DNA of 64,000 nt, taken from positions 128,001 through 192,000 of the forward strand of contig CAWBMV010000001.1 of assembly GCA_963789955.1 (NCBI GenBank), in the 5' to 3' direction. Position 1 is the first letter of the stretch. Each line of letters opens with the position of its first letter. This document shows, piece by piece, positions 47,154-57,466 of the stretch. Below the pieces are notes generated by a model. It worked only from the letters and a program-made list of their open reading frames with translations, searched no databases and was not told the DNA's origin. A program made the position numbers and the translations under genes. Origin of the DNA: an uncultured Candidatus Rokubacteria bacterium (GTDB lineage: Bacteria; Methylomirabilota; Methylomirabilia; Rokubacteriales; CSP1-6).

Positions 47154-47160
47154 CTCCGCG

Positions 47161-47874
47161 CTAGCCGCCGGACGTCGTCAGCTCGTCGAGCGAGCGGATG
47201 ATCCGGTGCGGCTGCACGGCGCTGCCGTGCGGTAGGCCGGCGCCACCGCGATCCATCCAGACGCCGGTGAGCCCGAGCCGCTGCGGCGCGCCCACGTCCC
47301 ATTCGAGATGGTCGCCGACCATCAGCGCCTCGTCCGGGGTCATCCCGAGCGCCTTGAGCACGTGCCGGTACACCGCCTCGTCCGGCTTCCCCACGCCGAA
47401 CTCACCCTCGACCAGGATCGCGTCGAAGAAGCGCGCGAGATCGTGTCGCTCGATCTTGTCCCGCTGCTGGGTGGCGTCGCCGTTCGTCACGAGCGCGAGC
47501 GGGATGCCGCGCCGACGGAGCTCCGTCAGGCAGGCGAGCGAGTCGGGGAACAGGCGCATCGCCGCCCGTCGTCGGGCCGCGTAGTCGCGCGCGACCGCGG
47601 CCGCGAGCTCCGGAGCGGGTCGGCCGAGCCGCTCGAGGGCGAACTCCACGATGTGCTGCCAGGCCCCGAGCATGTTCACGCGCTCACGACGATGGCGCGC
47701 CGGGTCGTCCCAGAACCATCGGCGCGTCTCGGCGATCGTCGCGACGAGCACGGCGGCATCGATTCCCTCGGGCGTGCAGCACGCGCCGCACGCCTCCGTC
47801 CAGCTGCGATCGGCGCCGCCCGAGTAGTCGAGCAAGGTATCGTCGAGGTCGAACAGCAGGGCCTTCACGTTCAT
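47161..47874 (-). CDS. HAD-superfamily hydrolase
   Basis: LFDLDDTL, VTNGD, GKPD, MVGDHLEWDV. Confidence 0.92.
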   Translation of the reverse strand: MNVKALLFDLDDTLLDYSGGADRSWTEACGACCTPEGIDAAVLVATIAETRRWFWDDPARHRRERVNMLGAWQHIVEFALERLGRPAPELAAAVARDYAARRRAAMRLFPDSLACLTELRRRGIPLALVTNGDATQQRDKIERHDLARFFDAILVEGEFGVGKPDEAVYRHVLKALGMTPDEALMVGDHLEWDVGAPQRLGLTGVWMDRGGAGLPHGSAVQPHRIIRSLDELTTSGG

Positions 47875-48206
47875 CGCGTGGGATCGAGCTCGACGACGAG
47901 GCCGTTGCCCCAGCCGTATTTCTTCTCCGACAGCTTCCTCACGGCTCGCGCCAGCTCGGGCTCGGTCTTCGCATCGACCACCCGGGCTCGGGCCGCGAAC
48001 GAGCGGCGCCCGACGCGCACGCCGACCCGCGGCGTGACCGTGAGATTGCGCACCCACTGAGCCCGCTCGCGATGCTCGGCGACCAGGTAGTAGCGGCCGC
48101 CACGTTGCGTGAACCAGATCTCGATCTCTCGCGGCCGGCCCGAGCGTCGTCCCGTGGTCGTCAAGTAGAGGTACTGGGTGACCTTACGCCCGGCCGGCTT
48201 CGCCAT
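47871..48206 (-). CDS. DDN/DUF385-like (deazaflavin-dependent nitroreductase family) protein
   Basis: YLTTTGRRSGRPREIEIWF, WVRNL..PRVGVRVG. Confidence 0.75.
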   Translation of the reverse strand: MAKPAGRKVTQYLYLTTTGRRSGRPREIEIWFTQRGGRYYLVAEHRERAQWVRNLTVTPRVGVRVGRRSFAARARVVDAKTEPELARAVRKLSEKKYGWGNGLVVELDPTR

Positions 48207-48820
48207 CGCCGTGGGCGATGTACACCCAGCACGGTCTCGACCGCCCGGAGCATGAGCGGAAAGTCCATGCTCGCCTGCTCCAGTCCCGTCGCCGCGACCA
48301 TCGCCGGCAGCAGCGGGAAGTGGATGAAGCCGACCCGTGGCGGGCGAGGCATGTTGCGGACCGCGTGGAGCGTCCCGTAGAGGGTTTGATTGCAGAGATA
48401 CGTGCCGGCCGTGTTCGACGTGTAGGCGGGAATGCCCTCGTCGACGAGCGCCTTCACGATGGTCGGTAACGGCAACGTGGACAAGTACGCGGTCGGCCCG
48501 CCCTGGACGCACGGCTCGCCGCTCGCGCGATAGCCCGCGTTGTCCGGCACCTCGTAGTCCATGGCGTTGATGGCGACCCGCTCGAGCGCCACCCGTGCGC
48601 GCCCGGCGGCGAGACCGAGGTGGAGGATCGCCTCGGGATTGGTCTCGGCGAGGAGCGCACCGAGCCGGCTCGCGGTGTCGGCGTGATGCACCGGCAGCAC
48701 CACGCCCATGACGGAGAAGTCGCCGACGCGCCGCCCGTCGATCGCCTTGGCGAGCCCTTCGGTGGGGTTGACGGAGTGAGCGCCGAACGGCTCGAAGCCG
48801 GTCACGAGAATTGTTCTCAC
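48161..48820 (-). CDS. pcp: Pyroglutamyl-peptidase I
   Basis: ILVTGFEPFG, LERVAIN, SNTAGTYLCN, GFIHFP. Confidence 0.93.
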   Translation of the reverse strand: MRTILVTGFEPFGAHSVNPTEGLAKAIDGRRVGDFSVMGVVLPVHHADTASRLGALLAETNPEAILHLGLAAGRARVALERVAINAMDYEVPDNAGYRASGEPCVQGGPTAYLSTLPLPTIVKALVDEGIPAYTSNTAGTYLCNQTLYGTLHAVRNMPRPPRVGFIHFPLLPAMVAATGLEQASMDFPLMLRAVETVLGVHRPRRWRSRPGVRSPSTST

Positions 48821-48844
48821 GCGCCTAGTCTGCCATATCGGCCG

Positions 48845-50035
48845 TCAGCCGCGCTGCACCAGCGGCGACAGGCGCGGAAGGGTGAGGGAGACGGCCACCG
48901 CGACCGTCGTCAGGATGAGCCAGGACACCGCGTAGCCACCCGTCGCTTCGAGGACGAGCCCGAAGATCGGCGGGCCGATGAGCGTGCCGCTCCACGAGCA
49001 GGCCGTGGCCGCGCCGGTGAGCAGACCGGCGTGGCGCGGTCCGCCGATCTCGGCCACGAGGGCGAAGTAGAGCCCGACCCAGCCGAAGGCGCCCGCGCCG
49101 GCGACGAAGGCGAGCGGATAGACGAGCCACGTCGGCAGTGAGCTCCCGAGCGCGAGCGTGGCGTACGCGGCGGCGCCGATCGCGGCGCTGGCGACGACAC
49201 CCGGACGTCGGCGGCCGCCGAAGGAGCGATCCGACACCACACCCCACAGGACGCGGCTGACCGTCCCGCCGATCTGGGCGATCGCGAGGAACTGCGCCGC
49301 TCGCACCGCGGAGACGTCGAACGAGTCCTTCGCGTAGAGGACGAGATAGGCCATCAGCGAGGACTGGGCGATCGAGAGCGCCAGCCCGCAACCGAACACG
49401 ACGAGAACCGGGGGCCGCCGGAGAAACTCGCCGAGCTCCGAGAGACGCGCCCGCTCGACCGGCGCGGCGCTCGGGTGAGCCGGCTGCGAGCGGTAGAAGA
49501 TCGCGACGAGCGTCGCCGATGCGAGCGAGAGAAGCCCAGCCGTGGCGAGCGCGTGTCGCCAGCTCCACGCTCGCGCGATCAGGGGCAAGATCAGGGCCGC
49601 CGCCAGTCCACCCAGGGTGAGGCCGGTCTGCTTCACACCCATCGCGATCCCGCGCTCGCGCGGCGGAAACCACTCGACCACGGCCCGGCCGGTCGCGGGG
49701 TTCAGCACGCTGAAGCCGAACCCGCCGAGCACGAGCAGGAAGAGGAGCAGGCCGTAGTCCGGGCTCCACGCGGCGAGCGCGATCATCGAGCCGACCACGA
49801 GCTGACCGAGCGCGAACGTGAAGCGCACGCCCAGGCGATCGGTGAACCATCCCGCCGGAAGGGCCATCAGCACGCCGCCCAGGTAGACGGCCGGCAGGAA
49901 GAGCCCAGCCTGCACGCGCGAGAGCGCCAGCGACTCCAGGAGAAACGGCGCCAGCGGCGCCACCGCCAGGGCGGTGAGCGCGCCGAGCGCGTGGGCGACG
50001 GTCACGAGCGCGAGGATCGGCCACCGGGACGCCAT
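48845..50035 (-). CDS. MFS transporter
   Basis: About 12 TM; GWFTDRLGVR, WFPPRERGIAMGVKQTG. Confidence 0.9.
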   Translation of the reverse strand: MASRWPILALVTVAHALGALTALAVAPLAPFLLESLALSRVQAGLFLPAVYLGGVLMALPAGWFTDRLGVRFTFALGQLVVGSMIALAAWSPDYGLLLFLLVLGGFGFSVLNPATGRAVVEWFPPRERGIAMGVKQTGLTLGGLAAALILPLIARAWSWRHALATAGLLSLASATLVAIFYRSQPAHPSAAPVERARLSELGEFLRRPPVLVVFGCGLALSIAQSSLMAYLVLYAKDSFDVSAVRAAQFLAIAQIGGTVSRVLWGVVSDRSFGGRRRPGVVASAAIGAAAYATLALGSSLPTWLVYPLAFVAGAGAFGWVGLYFALVAEIGGPRHAGLLTGAATACSWSGTLIGPPIFGLVLEATGGYAVSWLILTTVAVAVSLTLPRLSPLVQRG

Positions 50036-50129
50036 CAGGTCTCGACCCTAGGATAGGAGTTCTCATCCGTCTCTCACCGTTGTTTCATCCGCGCGCGGAA
50101 CCCTGAAGGAAAGCTCCGGGAGGTGAAAG

Positions 50130-50657
50130 ATGCGATCGGGAACCGTCATCGGCGCCGGCGCCGGATTCGTCGGCGGCATCGTCGCCGCGTTCGTGCTGTC
50201 GATCCTGGGCATCAAGGGCCACGAGGGGCAGATCGCTCGCGCGATCACCCTGGTTTCGCACACCGTCCACACGGACAGCCTGGTCGGCGGCTGGCTCGTC
50301 CAGATCGCGGTCGCCACGGCGATCGGCGCTCTGTTCGGCGTGCTGTACACCGCCGCCGGGCTTCGCCGCGAGTCGGCGGCATTCTGGGCGACGATCTACG
50401 GCCTGGCATGCTGGATCGTCGGCTGGTTCTCGGTGATGCCGCCGCCGCTGCGGTTCGCGCCATGGGCGGCCGCAAAGGATCCGGCGCTGTTCCAGCTCGC
50501 CGTCGCCGGCTTGCTCGCCTGCCTCGCGTTCGGCGCGACGCTGGCCGGCGCCTTCACGCTCTTCGGGCGCCCCGAAGGCTCGAACCGCGACGCCCGTGTC
50601 GCGGCGACGCGCTCGCCTGCGCCATCGAACCGTATGCTAGGCCCGAGCAGGCGCTAG
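50130..50657 (+). CDS. Hypothetical integral membrane protein
   Basis: GGAGGTG RBS; four hydrophobic segments. Confidence 0.65.
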   Translation: MRSGTVIGAGAGFVGGIVAAFVLSILGIKGHEGQIARAITLVSHTVHTDSLVGGWLVQIAVATAIGALFGVLYTAAGLRRESAAFWATIYGLACWIVGWFSVMPPPLRFAPWAAAKDPALFQLAVAGLLACLAFGATLAGAFTLFGRPEGSNRDARVAATRSPAPSNRMLGPSRR

Positions 50658-50754
50658 GCACTCGTCGTCAGGCGTTCGACTCTGCTTCGCGCCATGGGAT
50701 CTACCCTGTCGGCTGCCGTGGCCCTCGGCCGAAAGGTGGGCCATACTCTCGACC

Positions 50755-51570
50755 ATGCTGATGGCTCAGATCACCGACACGCACATCAAGCCCGAGGGCG
50801 TCCTCGCCTACGGGCGCCTCGACACGGCGCCCTATCTGGCGCGCGCCGTGAGCCACCTCCTGGCACTCAGGCCGCGTCCCGATCTCGTGCTGGCGACCGG
50901 TGACCTCGTCGACGGCGGACGGCCGGAGGAATACCGCCGGCTGCGCGACCTGCTCGCGCCGCTGCCGATGCCGGTCTACCTCATTCCGGGTAACCACGAC
51001 GATCGCGACGCGCTCGCGGCCGTGTTCACCGATCACGCGTACCTGCCGCGCGGCGGCCGGTTCATGCAGTACATCGTCGAGGGCTACCCGGTGCGGCTCG
51101 TTGCGCTCGATACGCTCGTGCCCGGCCAGGTCGGCGGCCTGCTCTGCGCCGAGCGATTGGGCTGGCTCGCGGCGCGTCTCGAGGAGGCGCCCGAGCGGCC
51201 GACCGTGATTTTCATGCACCATCCGCCGTTCCTGACGGGGATCGCGCGCATGGACGCCCACGGTCTGGCGAACTCGGCCGAATTCGCCGAAGTCGTCGGC
51301 AGGCATCGGCACGTCCAGCGGATCGTGTGCGGCCACCTGCATCGTCCGATCCAGGCGCTCGTGGGTGGCACGCTCGCGACGACCGCGCCCAGCACAGCGC
51401 ACCAGGTCGCGCTCGACCTCGAGGACGAGCCGCTCGCCTTCACGATGGAGCCGCCGGCCTGCCAGCTCCACGTGTGGAGCCCGCAGACCGGCCTCGTCAC
51501 GCACACGAGCTACATCGGCGAGTTCGACGGGCCGTACCTGTTCGCCGGCGGCGCGAAGCGCGCGGGGTAG
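50755..51570 (+). CDS. Metallophosphoesterase (CpdA/GpdQ-like phosphodiesterase)
   Basis: QITDTH, TGDLVD, PGNHD, MHHPP, CGHLH. Confidence 0.9.
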   Translation: MLMAQITDTHIKPEGVLAYGRLDTAPYLARAVSHLLALRPRPDLVLATGDLVDGGRPEEYRRLRDLLAPLPMPVYLIPGNHDDRDALAAVFTDHAYLPRGGRFMQYIVEGYPVRLVALDTLVPGQVGGLLCAERLGWLAARLEEAPERPTVIFMHHPPFLTGIARMDAHGLANSAEFAEVVGRHRHVQRIVCGHLHRPIQALVGGTLATTAPSTAHQVALDLEDEPLAFTMEPPACQLHVWSPQTGLVTHTSYIGEFDGPYLFAGGAKRAG

Positions 51571-51580
51571 GTGCTCCGGC

Positions 51581-52969
51581 TCAGCGAGGCTGCTGCAGGA
51601 GTAACTCGGCGGCCTCCATCAGCGTCTCCGACAGGGTCGGATGCGTGTGGATGGTCATCGCGAGATCTTCGACCGTCATCGCCGTCTCCACGGCGAGGGC
51701 GCCCTCGGCGATGAGCTCGCCGGCGCCCGGACCCACGATCCCGACGCCGAGCACCCGGCCGGTGTCCGCATCCGCGATGATCTTCGTCAGACCATCACTG
51801 CGACCGAGTGTCAGCGCGCGACCCGAGGCCGCCCATTCGCGCTTCGCGATCTTCACGGTGCGGCCGTCGCGCGCCGCCTCGGACTCGGTGAGCCCGCACC
51901 ACGCGACCTCGGGATCCGTGAACACGACCGCGGGCACGACGACGTTGTCGAACGCCGACGGGCGGCCCGCGATCACCTCCGCCGCGACCTTGCCCTGGCG
52001 CATCGCGCGATGGGCCAGCATCGGCTCACCGGTGACGTCGCCGACGGCGTAGATCGCCGGGTCGTCCGTGCGGCAGCGCTCGTCCACCGCGACGAAGCCG
52101 TGCGCGTCGACGCCGGCGTGTGTGTGCTCGAGACCGAGCCCGGCGCTCGCCGGGCGGCGACCGACCGCCACCAGCACGCGATCGAAGGTCTGGACATCGT
52201 CCGCGCCGAACCGCGCCTCGACGGCCGAGCCTTTCTCCACGACCGAGGTCACCTTCGTGCCGAGCCGGATCTTCGAGAAGAGCTTCTCGCACCGGCGGGC
52301 GAGCGGCTGGACGAGTGCCTTGTCCACTCCTGGCAGGAGCCCATCGGTCATCTCGACCAGGGTGACCTGGCTCCCGAGCGCCGCGTAGACCTGGCCGAGC
52401 TCGAGGCCGATGTAGCCGCCGCCGATCACGAGGAGCCGTTCGGGTATCTCCGCGAGCTCGAGCGCCGCCGTCGAGTCGATGACCCGGTCGCCGGCGATGG
52501 ACAGGTCGGGGAGCCGCGCCGGCGCCGAGCCCGTCGCCACGATCGCGTGCTTGAAGCGTACCTTCTGCGGCTCGTCGCCCTCGACCCGGAGCTCGCGCGA
52601 GCTCTCGAACACCGCGCGCCCGCCGATCACGTCGACGCTTCTGGCCTTCGCCCCCGAGGCGAGGCCGCGTGCGAGCCGGCCGATGACGCGCTCACTCTTC
52701 CATTTGCGCAGCGGATCGAGCGATACGCGGGGCTCGCCGAAATCGACGCCGAGCTCGCGCGCCCGCTCGGCGTCCTCGATGAGCGCGGCGACGTGAAGAA
52801 GCGCTTTCGAGGGGATGCAGCCCTCGAAGAGACAGGCGCCGCCGAGCCGCTTGCCGGCGTCGATCACGACGGTCTCGAGCCCCAACTCGGCGCAGCGGAA
52901 CGCCGCCGAGTAGCCGCCGGGGCCGCCGCCCACGACCGCCACGTCCACCTCGATGACGAGGTCACCCAT
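51581..52969 (-). CDS. lpdA: Dihydrolipoyl dehydrogenase (E3)
   Basis: GGGPGG, GGACLFEGCIPSK, GGGYIG, HTHPTLSE. Confidence 0.95.
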   Translation of the reverse strand: MGDLVIEVDVAVVGGGPGGYSAAFRCAELGLETVVIDAGKRLGGACLFEGCIPSKALLHVAALIEDAERARELGVDFGEPRVSLDPLRKWKSERVIGRLARGLASGAKARSVDVIGGRAVFESSRELRVEGDEPQKVRFKHAIVATGSAPARLPDLSIAGDRVIDSTAALELAEIPERLLVIGGGYIGLELGQVYAALGSQVTLVEMTDGLLPGVDKALVQPLARRCEKLFSKIRLGTKVTSVVEKGSAVEARFGADDVQTFDRVLVAVGRRPASAGLGLEHTHAGVDAHGFVAVDERCRTDDPAIYAVGDVTGEPMLAHRAMRQGKVAAEVIAGRPSAFDNVVVPAVVFTDPEVAWCGLTESEAARDGRTVKIAKREWAASGRALTLGRSDGLTKIIADADTGRVLGVGIVGPGAGELIAEGALAVETAMTVEDLAMTIHTHPTLSETLMEAAELLLQQPR

Positions 52970-53005
52970 CACCACGGTCTGGATCCTTCGCTATTCGGTC
53001 CGGCG

Positions 53006-53803
53006 CTATTCGGTCTGGCCGCGCACCGCCCAGGCGCGGGCGATCAGATGAATGCTGCCGTCCGGCTGGACCGGGATCGTCGACCGGATGCGCTCGCGGA
53101 GCGCGGTCCGCCGCTCCTCGGTGAGCGACATGCAGTAGCCGGGCGCCGGCGCCTGGCCGCCGAGGAAGGGCTTCCAGTAGTCGTCGAAATCCTTGAAGAG
53201 CGTGGGCACGTCGATCGCGAGCACGCGCACCTGCGTGAGGCCGGCCGCCTCGAAGAGCTCGACCAGCGGGCCCGGCCGCGCGACCGGGAATCGACGCCCC
53301 TCGTCGAGCTCGAGCGCCGGCGGATCGAGCGCGACCGCGGCGTCCCAGAAGCGACGCATCAGCTGCATCTCGCCGGCGTAGTCCCAGACGTACGCGGCCA
53401 CGGTTCCGCCGGGCGACAGCGCGCGCTTCATCTCTGCGATCGCGCGTGCCTGGTCCGACACGAAGTTCAGCATCAGCCCGGAAACGACGATGTCGTGCTC
53501 GGCGTCCTTGACCGGAAGCGCCTGCGCGTCGCCGGGCCGGAAGCTGACCCGCGGGTCGGTCACGCGCGAACGGGCATGGCCGAGATAGTCCTCGGAACGG
53601 TCGACGCCGACGACAGCGTCGGGGAAGCAGCGCGCGACGATGGCATCGCTCAAGGCACCGGTCCCGCATCCGACGTCGAGCCAGCGCAGGTTCTCGGGCG
53701 CGTCCAGCCAGCGCAGGAATTCCCGCGCAACCAGAGTGCTCCAGCGACCCACATACGGTTCATACGCATCGCCGCTCGACCAGGTGTCTCGATGGTCGGG
53801 CAT
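53006..53803 (-). CDS. Class I SAM-dependent methyltransferase
   Basis: YEPYVGRWS, WLDVGCGTG, GDAQALP, AAYVWDY. Confidence 0.9.
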   Translation of the reverse strand: MPDHRDTWSSGDAYEPYVGRWSTLVAREFLRWLDAPENLRWLDVGCGTGALSDAIVARCFPDAVVGVDRSEDYLGHARSRVTDPRVSFRPGDAQALPVKDAEHDIVVSGLMLNFVSDQARAIAEMKRALSPGGTVAAYVWDYAGEMQLMRRFWDAAVALDPPALELDEGRRFPVARPGPLVELFEAAGLTQVRVLAIDVPTLFKDFDDYWKPFLGGQAPAPGYCMSLTEERRTALRERIRSTIPVQPDGSIHLIARAWAVRGQTE

Positions 53804-53838
53804 CAGAACCTCCTTTTGAAAGCGCAAAGCCACACCAA

Positions 53839-55249
53839 TTACCATTCCAGCAAAAGCTGCTCGGGCCGCTCGAGTCGCCGGACGATCGCCGCGGCGAAAC
53901 GGGCCCCGTCGGCGCCGTCGGCCGTGCGATGGTCGAACGTGAGCGAGATCGGCAGGAGCATGCGGGGCACGATCTTGCCCTCGTGCACGACCGGCTCTTC
54001 CCGCCCGCGGGCGACGCCGAGAATCGCCACTTCGGGATAGTTGATGATGGGGATCGCTCCCGTGCCACCGAGCGCGCCGATATTCGTGATCGTGAACGTG
54101 CCGCCGCGCAGATCCTCGAGCGTCGCCTTGCCCTCGCGCACGCGCTGGGCGAGCTCGGCCAGCGCGCGCTGGAGCTCGACGATCGGCTTCTGGTCGACGT
54201 CACGGATGACGGGCACGATCAAGCCCCGCGGGGCCGCCACCGCGACCCCGAGATGATAGTAGCGCTTGACGATGAGCTCGCCCGCGGCCGGATCGAGGCT
54301 CGCGTTGAACTGCGGGTGCTCCTGCAGGGCGAGCGCCGCGGCCTTGAGGAGAAAGCTCGTGAGGGTGAGCGTGAGGCCGCGTTCCCGCGCCGGCTCGACG
54401 TTGCGCCGGATGATCGCGTCGAGCTCGGTGATGTCGGCGCGATCGAAGTGCGTCACATGAGGAATGAGCATGGCCGAGAGCGTCATGCGCTCGGCGATCG
54501 TGCGTCGCAGGTGCGACAGCGGCTGCCGCTCCACCGGCCCCCACTGCTCGAACCGCGGCAGCGCCGGCGGCTCGACACCGACCGCCGCCAGCGGCCTTGC
54601 CACCAGCGCCCGCTCGGCCGCGTCACCGGCTGCCGGAGCCGGGGCGCTCGCTCGACTCGCGCCGCCGAACCCACGGACGTCGTCGTCGGTGACGCGCCCA
54701 CCAGGTCCGGTGCCACGCACCGAGCGCAGATCCACCCCAAGCTCACGCGCCAGCCGCCGCGTCGCCGGCGTCGCCGCCACCGGCCCCACCGAAACCGGCG
54801 CCCCCAAGGTCGCCGTCGGCGCCGGGCGCCCGCCAGCACGATCGGACGGAGCATTCGTCGGAGCAACCGACGGCCCGCGCGTTCCTGAGGCCGCGACGGG
54901 TTGCCGCCGGGGGGGCGGGGCGGCGTGGCGGGAGGGCTCGCCGGCGAGTGGGGTTCCGAAGCCGGCGGGCCCTCCCGCCACGCCGCCCCGCCCCCCGGGC
55001 GCCGAACCCAGCAGAGTCGTCGAACGTGACGAGCACATCCCCAACCTTGACGCTCTGGCCGGGCCGAACGTGAATGCGAGCCACGCGCCCGCCGAACGGG
55101 GACGGAATCTCGACGGTCGCCTTGTCGGTCTCGACCTCGAGTAACGGCGCGTCTTCGGCGAGCACATCGCCCTCGTTGACGAGAACCTTCAGGATCTCGG
55201 CCTCGGTCAGCCCCTCGCCCAGGTCTGGGAGTACGAACGGCCGGGGCAT
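53839..55249 (-). CDS. pdhC: Dihydrolipoamide acyltransferase (E2), frameshift in the linker
   Basis: Lipoyl domain VETDKA; E3-binding ATPATRRLARELGVDL..GTGPGGRV; catalytic FDHRTADG. Confidence 0.9.
54907..54998. repeat. G-rich palindromic element inside the E2 linker
   Basis: 54907-54945 and 54961-54998 are reverse complements except one G.T pair and a 7G vs 6C run. Confidence 0.8.
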
Positions 55250-55298
55250 GGCTACGAGCCTTGTTCGCCGGTTGCGGACGACACGGCCATCACCACAC

Positions 55299-56279
55299 TC
55301 AGAACGCGAGCGTCTCGCGGACGGCAGTGACGACGCGCGGCACATCCGGGACGTTGGACTTCTCGCGCGCGAAACCGACGAAGGGCACGTCGTACGCGGT
55401 CACGCGCCGGATCGGGGCCTCGAGCGAGAGGAACGCGCCGTCCATGATCGAGGCGGCGATCTCGGCGCCGGGCCCGAAGCTCCGCGGCGCTTCGTGGACG
55501 ACGACCGCGCGGCCGGTCTTCTTGACCGAGGCGACGAGCGTCTCGCGATCGAGCGGCGAGACCGTGAGGAGATCGATCACCTCGACGGCGACGCCGTCCT
55601 CGTCGCGCAGGACGTCGGCCGCTTCGAGCGCCACCCGCAGCATCGCGCCGTAGGCGATCACGGTGAGCGCGTCGCCTTCGCGTGCCACCTGCGCCCGCCC
55701 GATCGCGATGACCTCGCTCTCGTCGGGCACTTCTTCCTTGGCGGCGTGATAGAGCGACTTCGCCTCGAAGAAGATCACCGGATCGGGATCGCGGATGGCC
55801 GCGGCCAGCAGCGCGCGAGCGTTTCGAGGGCCCGACGGAATGACCATCTTGAGCCCGGGAATGTGCGCGTAGAACTGCTCTTCCGATTCCGAATGATGCT
55901 CGAGGGCGCGGACACCGCCGCCGTATGGCATGCGGATGACCATCGGGACGTGAAAGCGTCCCTGCGAGCGCATCCGGTAGCGCGCGCAATGGTTCTCGAT
56001 CTGGTGGAAGCACTGGAACGCGAAACCCGAGAACTGGATCTCGCAGACCGGCTTGAGACCGTAGAGGGCCATTCCGACCGCGGTGCCGATGATCGCCGCT
56101 TCCGCGAGCGGGCTGTCGATGACGCGCTGGGAGCCGTACGTCCGCTGCAGATCGTCGGTCACCCGGAAGACTCCGCCGTCGACGCCGACGTCCTCGCCCA
56201 GGACGAGCACGTCGGCGTCGCGCTCCATCTCCTGGAAGAGCGCCGTGTTGAGCGCCTTGACCATGTTCAGCTTGGCCAT
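55299..56279 (-). CDS. pdhB: 2-oxoacid dehydrogenase E1 beta subunit
   Basis: LGEDVGVDGGVFRVT, EIQFSGF, EHHSES. Confidence 0.92.
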   Translation of the reverse strand: MAKLNMVKALNTALFQEMERDADVLVLGEDVGVDGGVFRVTDDLQRTYGSQRVIDSPLAEAAIIGTAVGMALYGLKPVCEIQFSGFAFQCFHQIENHCARYRMRSQGRFHVPMVIRMPYGGGVRALEHHSESEEQFYAHIPGLKMVIPSGPRNARALLAAAIRDPDPVIFFEAKSLYHAAKEEVPDESEVIAIGRAQVAREGDALTVIAYGAMLRVALEAADVLRDEDGVAVEVIDLLTVSPLDRETLVASVKKTGRAVVVHEAPRSFGPGAEIAASIMDGAFLSLEAPIRRVTAYDVPFVGFAREKSNVPDVPRVVTAVRETLAF

Positions 56280-56283
56280 GGTG

Positions 56284-57426
56284 TCAGCGCCGCGTCAGCC
56301 GCTGGCCCCGCATCGGCGTGGCCCCGGGCTGGGTCGGTGGTGTCGCGTCGGGACGGGCCGGCGTCGCCGGCTCGCGGGCGGCCATCGCGTCGCGCTGGGC
56401 CTGGACGTCCGGCGGGAGCTCGGCGTACGCGTGGTCGAACATCACCAGGGGATCGGCCGAGGGCGTCGCCTCGAAGCGTCGAACCGCTTCGGCGATCTCG
56501 TCGTCTACCCGCTGCTCGAGCCCTTCCTCCAGGAGATTGCGCTTCTCCAGATAGGCCCGGAATCGCGTGAGCGGATCCTTCTGCTCCCACATCGCGACTT
56601 CCAGGTCGCTCCGGTACTTGGTGGGATCGTCCGCCGTCGTGTGCACCCCCAGCCGATACGTCACGCACTCGATCAACGTCGGCCCGTCGCCGGCGCGGGC
56701 CCGCTCGACCGCTTCGCGCGCGGCGGCGTAGACCGCGAGCACGTCGTTGCCGTCCACCTGGATGCCGGGCAATCCGTACGCGAGCGCCTTCTGCGCGATC
56801 GTACGGGAGTGCGTCTGCTTCTTCAGCGGCACGGAGATGGCCCACTGGTTGTTCTGACACACGAAGACCACCGGAACGTGCCAGACGCCGGCGAAGTTCA
56901 TCGCCTCGTGGAAATCGCCCTCGGAGGTCGCGCCGTCGCCGAAGTACGCCATGACCACCACGTCGTCACCCCGGTACTGGGCGGCATAGGCGAGGCCGAC
57001 CGCGTGGGGGAGCTGCGTGGCCACCGGGATCGTGATCGGCAGATCGTGCTGGTCGGGCGCCGGCTGGCCGCCCTCCAGATGACCGGAGAAGAAGAGCAGG
57101 AGCTTCTCGATCGGCCAACCCCGCCAGATCATCGCCGCCGTCTCGCGGAAGGAGGGGACCATCCAGTCGGTCGGCCGCAGGGTGAAGATGCTTCCGACTT
57201 GAGCAGCCTCCTGGCCCTTCGTCGGCGCGAAGGTGCCGATGCGTCCCTGCCGCTGCAGTCGCACCATCCGCTCGTCCAGCCGACGGCCGAGCAGCATGGA
57301 GCGATAGAGCGACCTCAGATCCGTGTCGGCGAGCTTGGGCTCGAGCGCGGTGTCGAGGTTGCCGTCACTGTCGAGGATCGACAGGTATTCGACATGGAAC
57401 CGTGGTTCGAGGGCGATTCTGGGCAT
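56284..57426 (-). CDS. pdhA: 2-oxoacid dehydrogenase E1 alpha subunit
   Basis: LQRQGRIG, FGDGATSEGDFHE..NNQWAIS, HTTADD. Confidence 0.92.
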   Translation of the reverse strand: MPRIALEPRFHVEYLSILDSDGNLDTALEPKLADTDLRSLYRSMLLGRRLDERMVRLQRQGRIGTFAPTKGQEAAQVGSIFTLRPTDWMVPSFRETAAMIWRGWPIEKLLLFFSGHLEGGQPAPDQHDLPITIPVATQLPHAVGLAYAAQYRGDDVVVMAYFGDGATSEGDFHEAMNFAGVWHVPVVFVCQNNQWAISVPLKKQTHSRTIAQKALAYGLPGIQVDGNDVLAVYAAAREAVERARAGDGPTLIECVTYRLGVHTTADDPTKYRSDLEVAMWEQKDPLTRFRAYLEKRNLLEEGLEQRVDDEIAEAVRRFEATPSADPLVMFDHAYAELPPDVQAQRDAMAAREPATPARPDATPPTQPGATPMRGQRLTRR

Positions 57427-57466
57427 GGGTGGCCCAGATCCATTCTAACGCCCGAGACCCCGAACG

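Noticed and set aside
50717..50744. GAAA-tetraloop hairpin upstream of the phosphodiesterase as a cyclic-dinucleotide riboswitch
   Set aside because: Lacks the GGCAAAC / GACGCAAA elements and the second stem of c-di-GMP-I; a simple hairpin at best.
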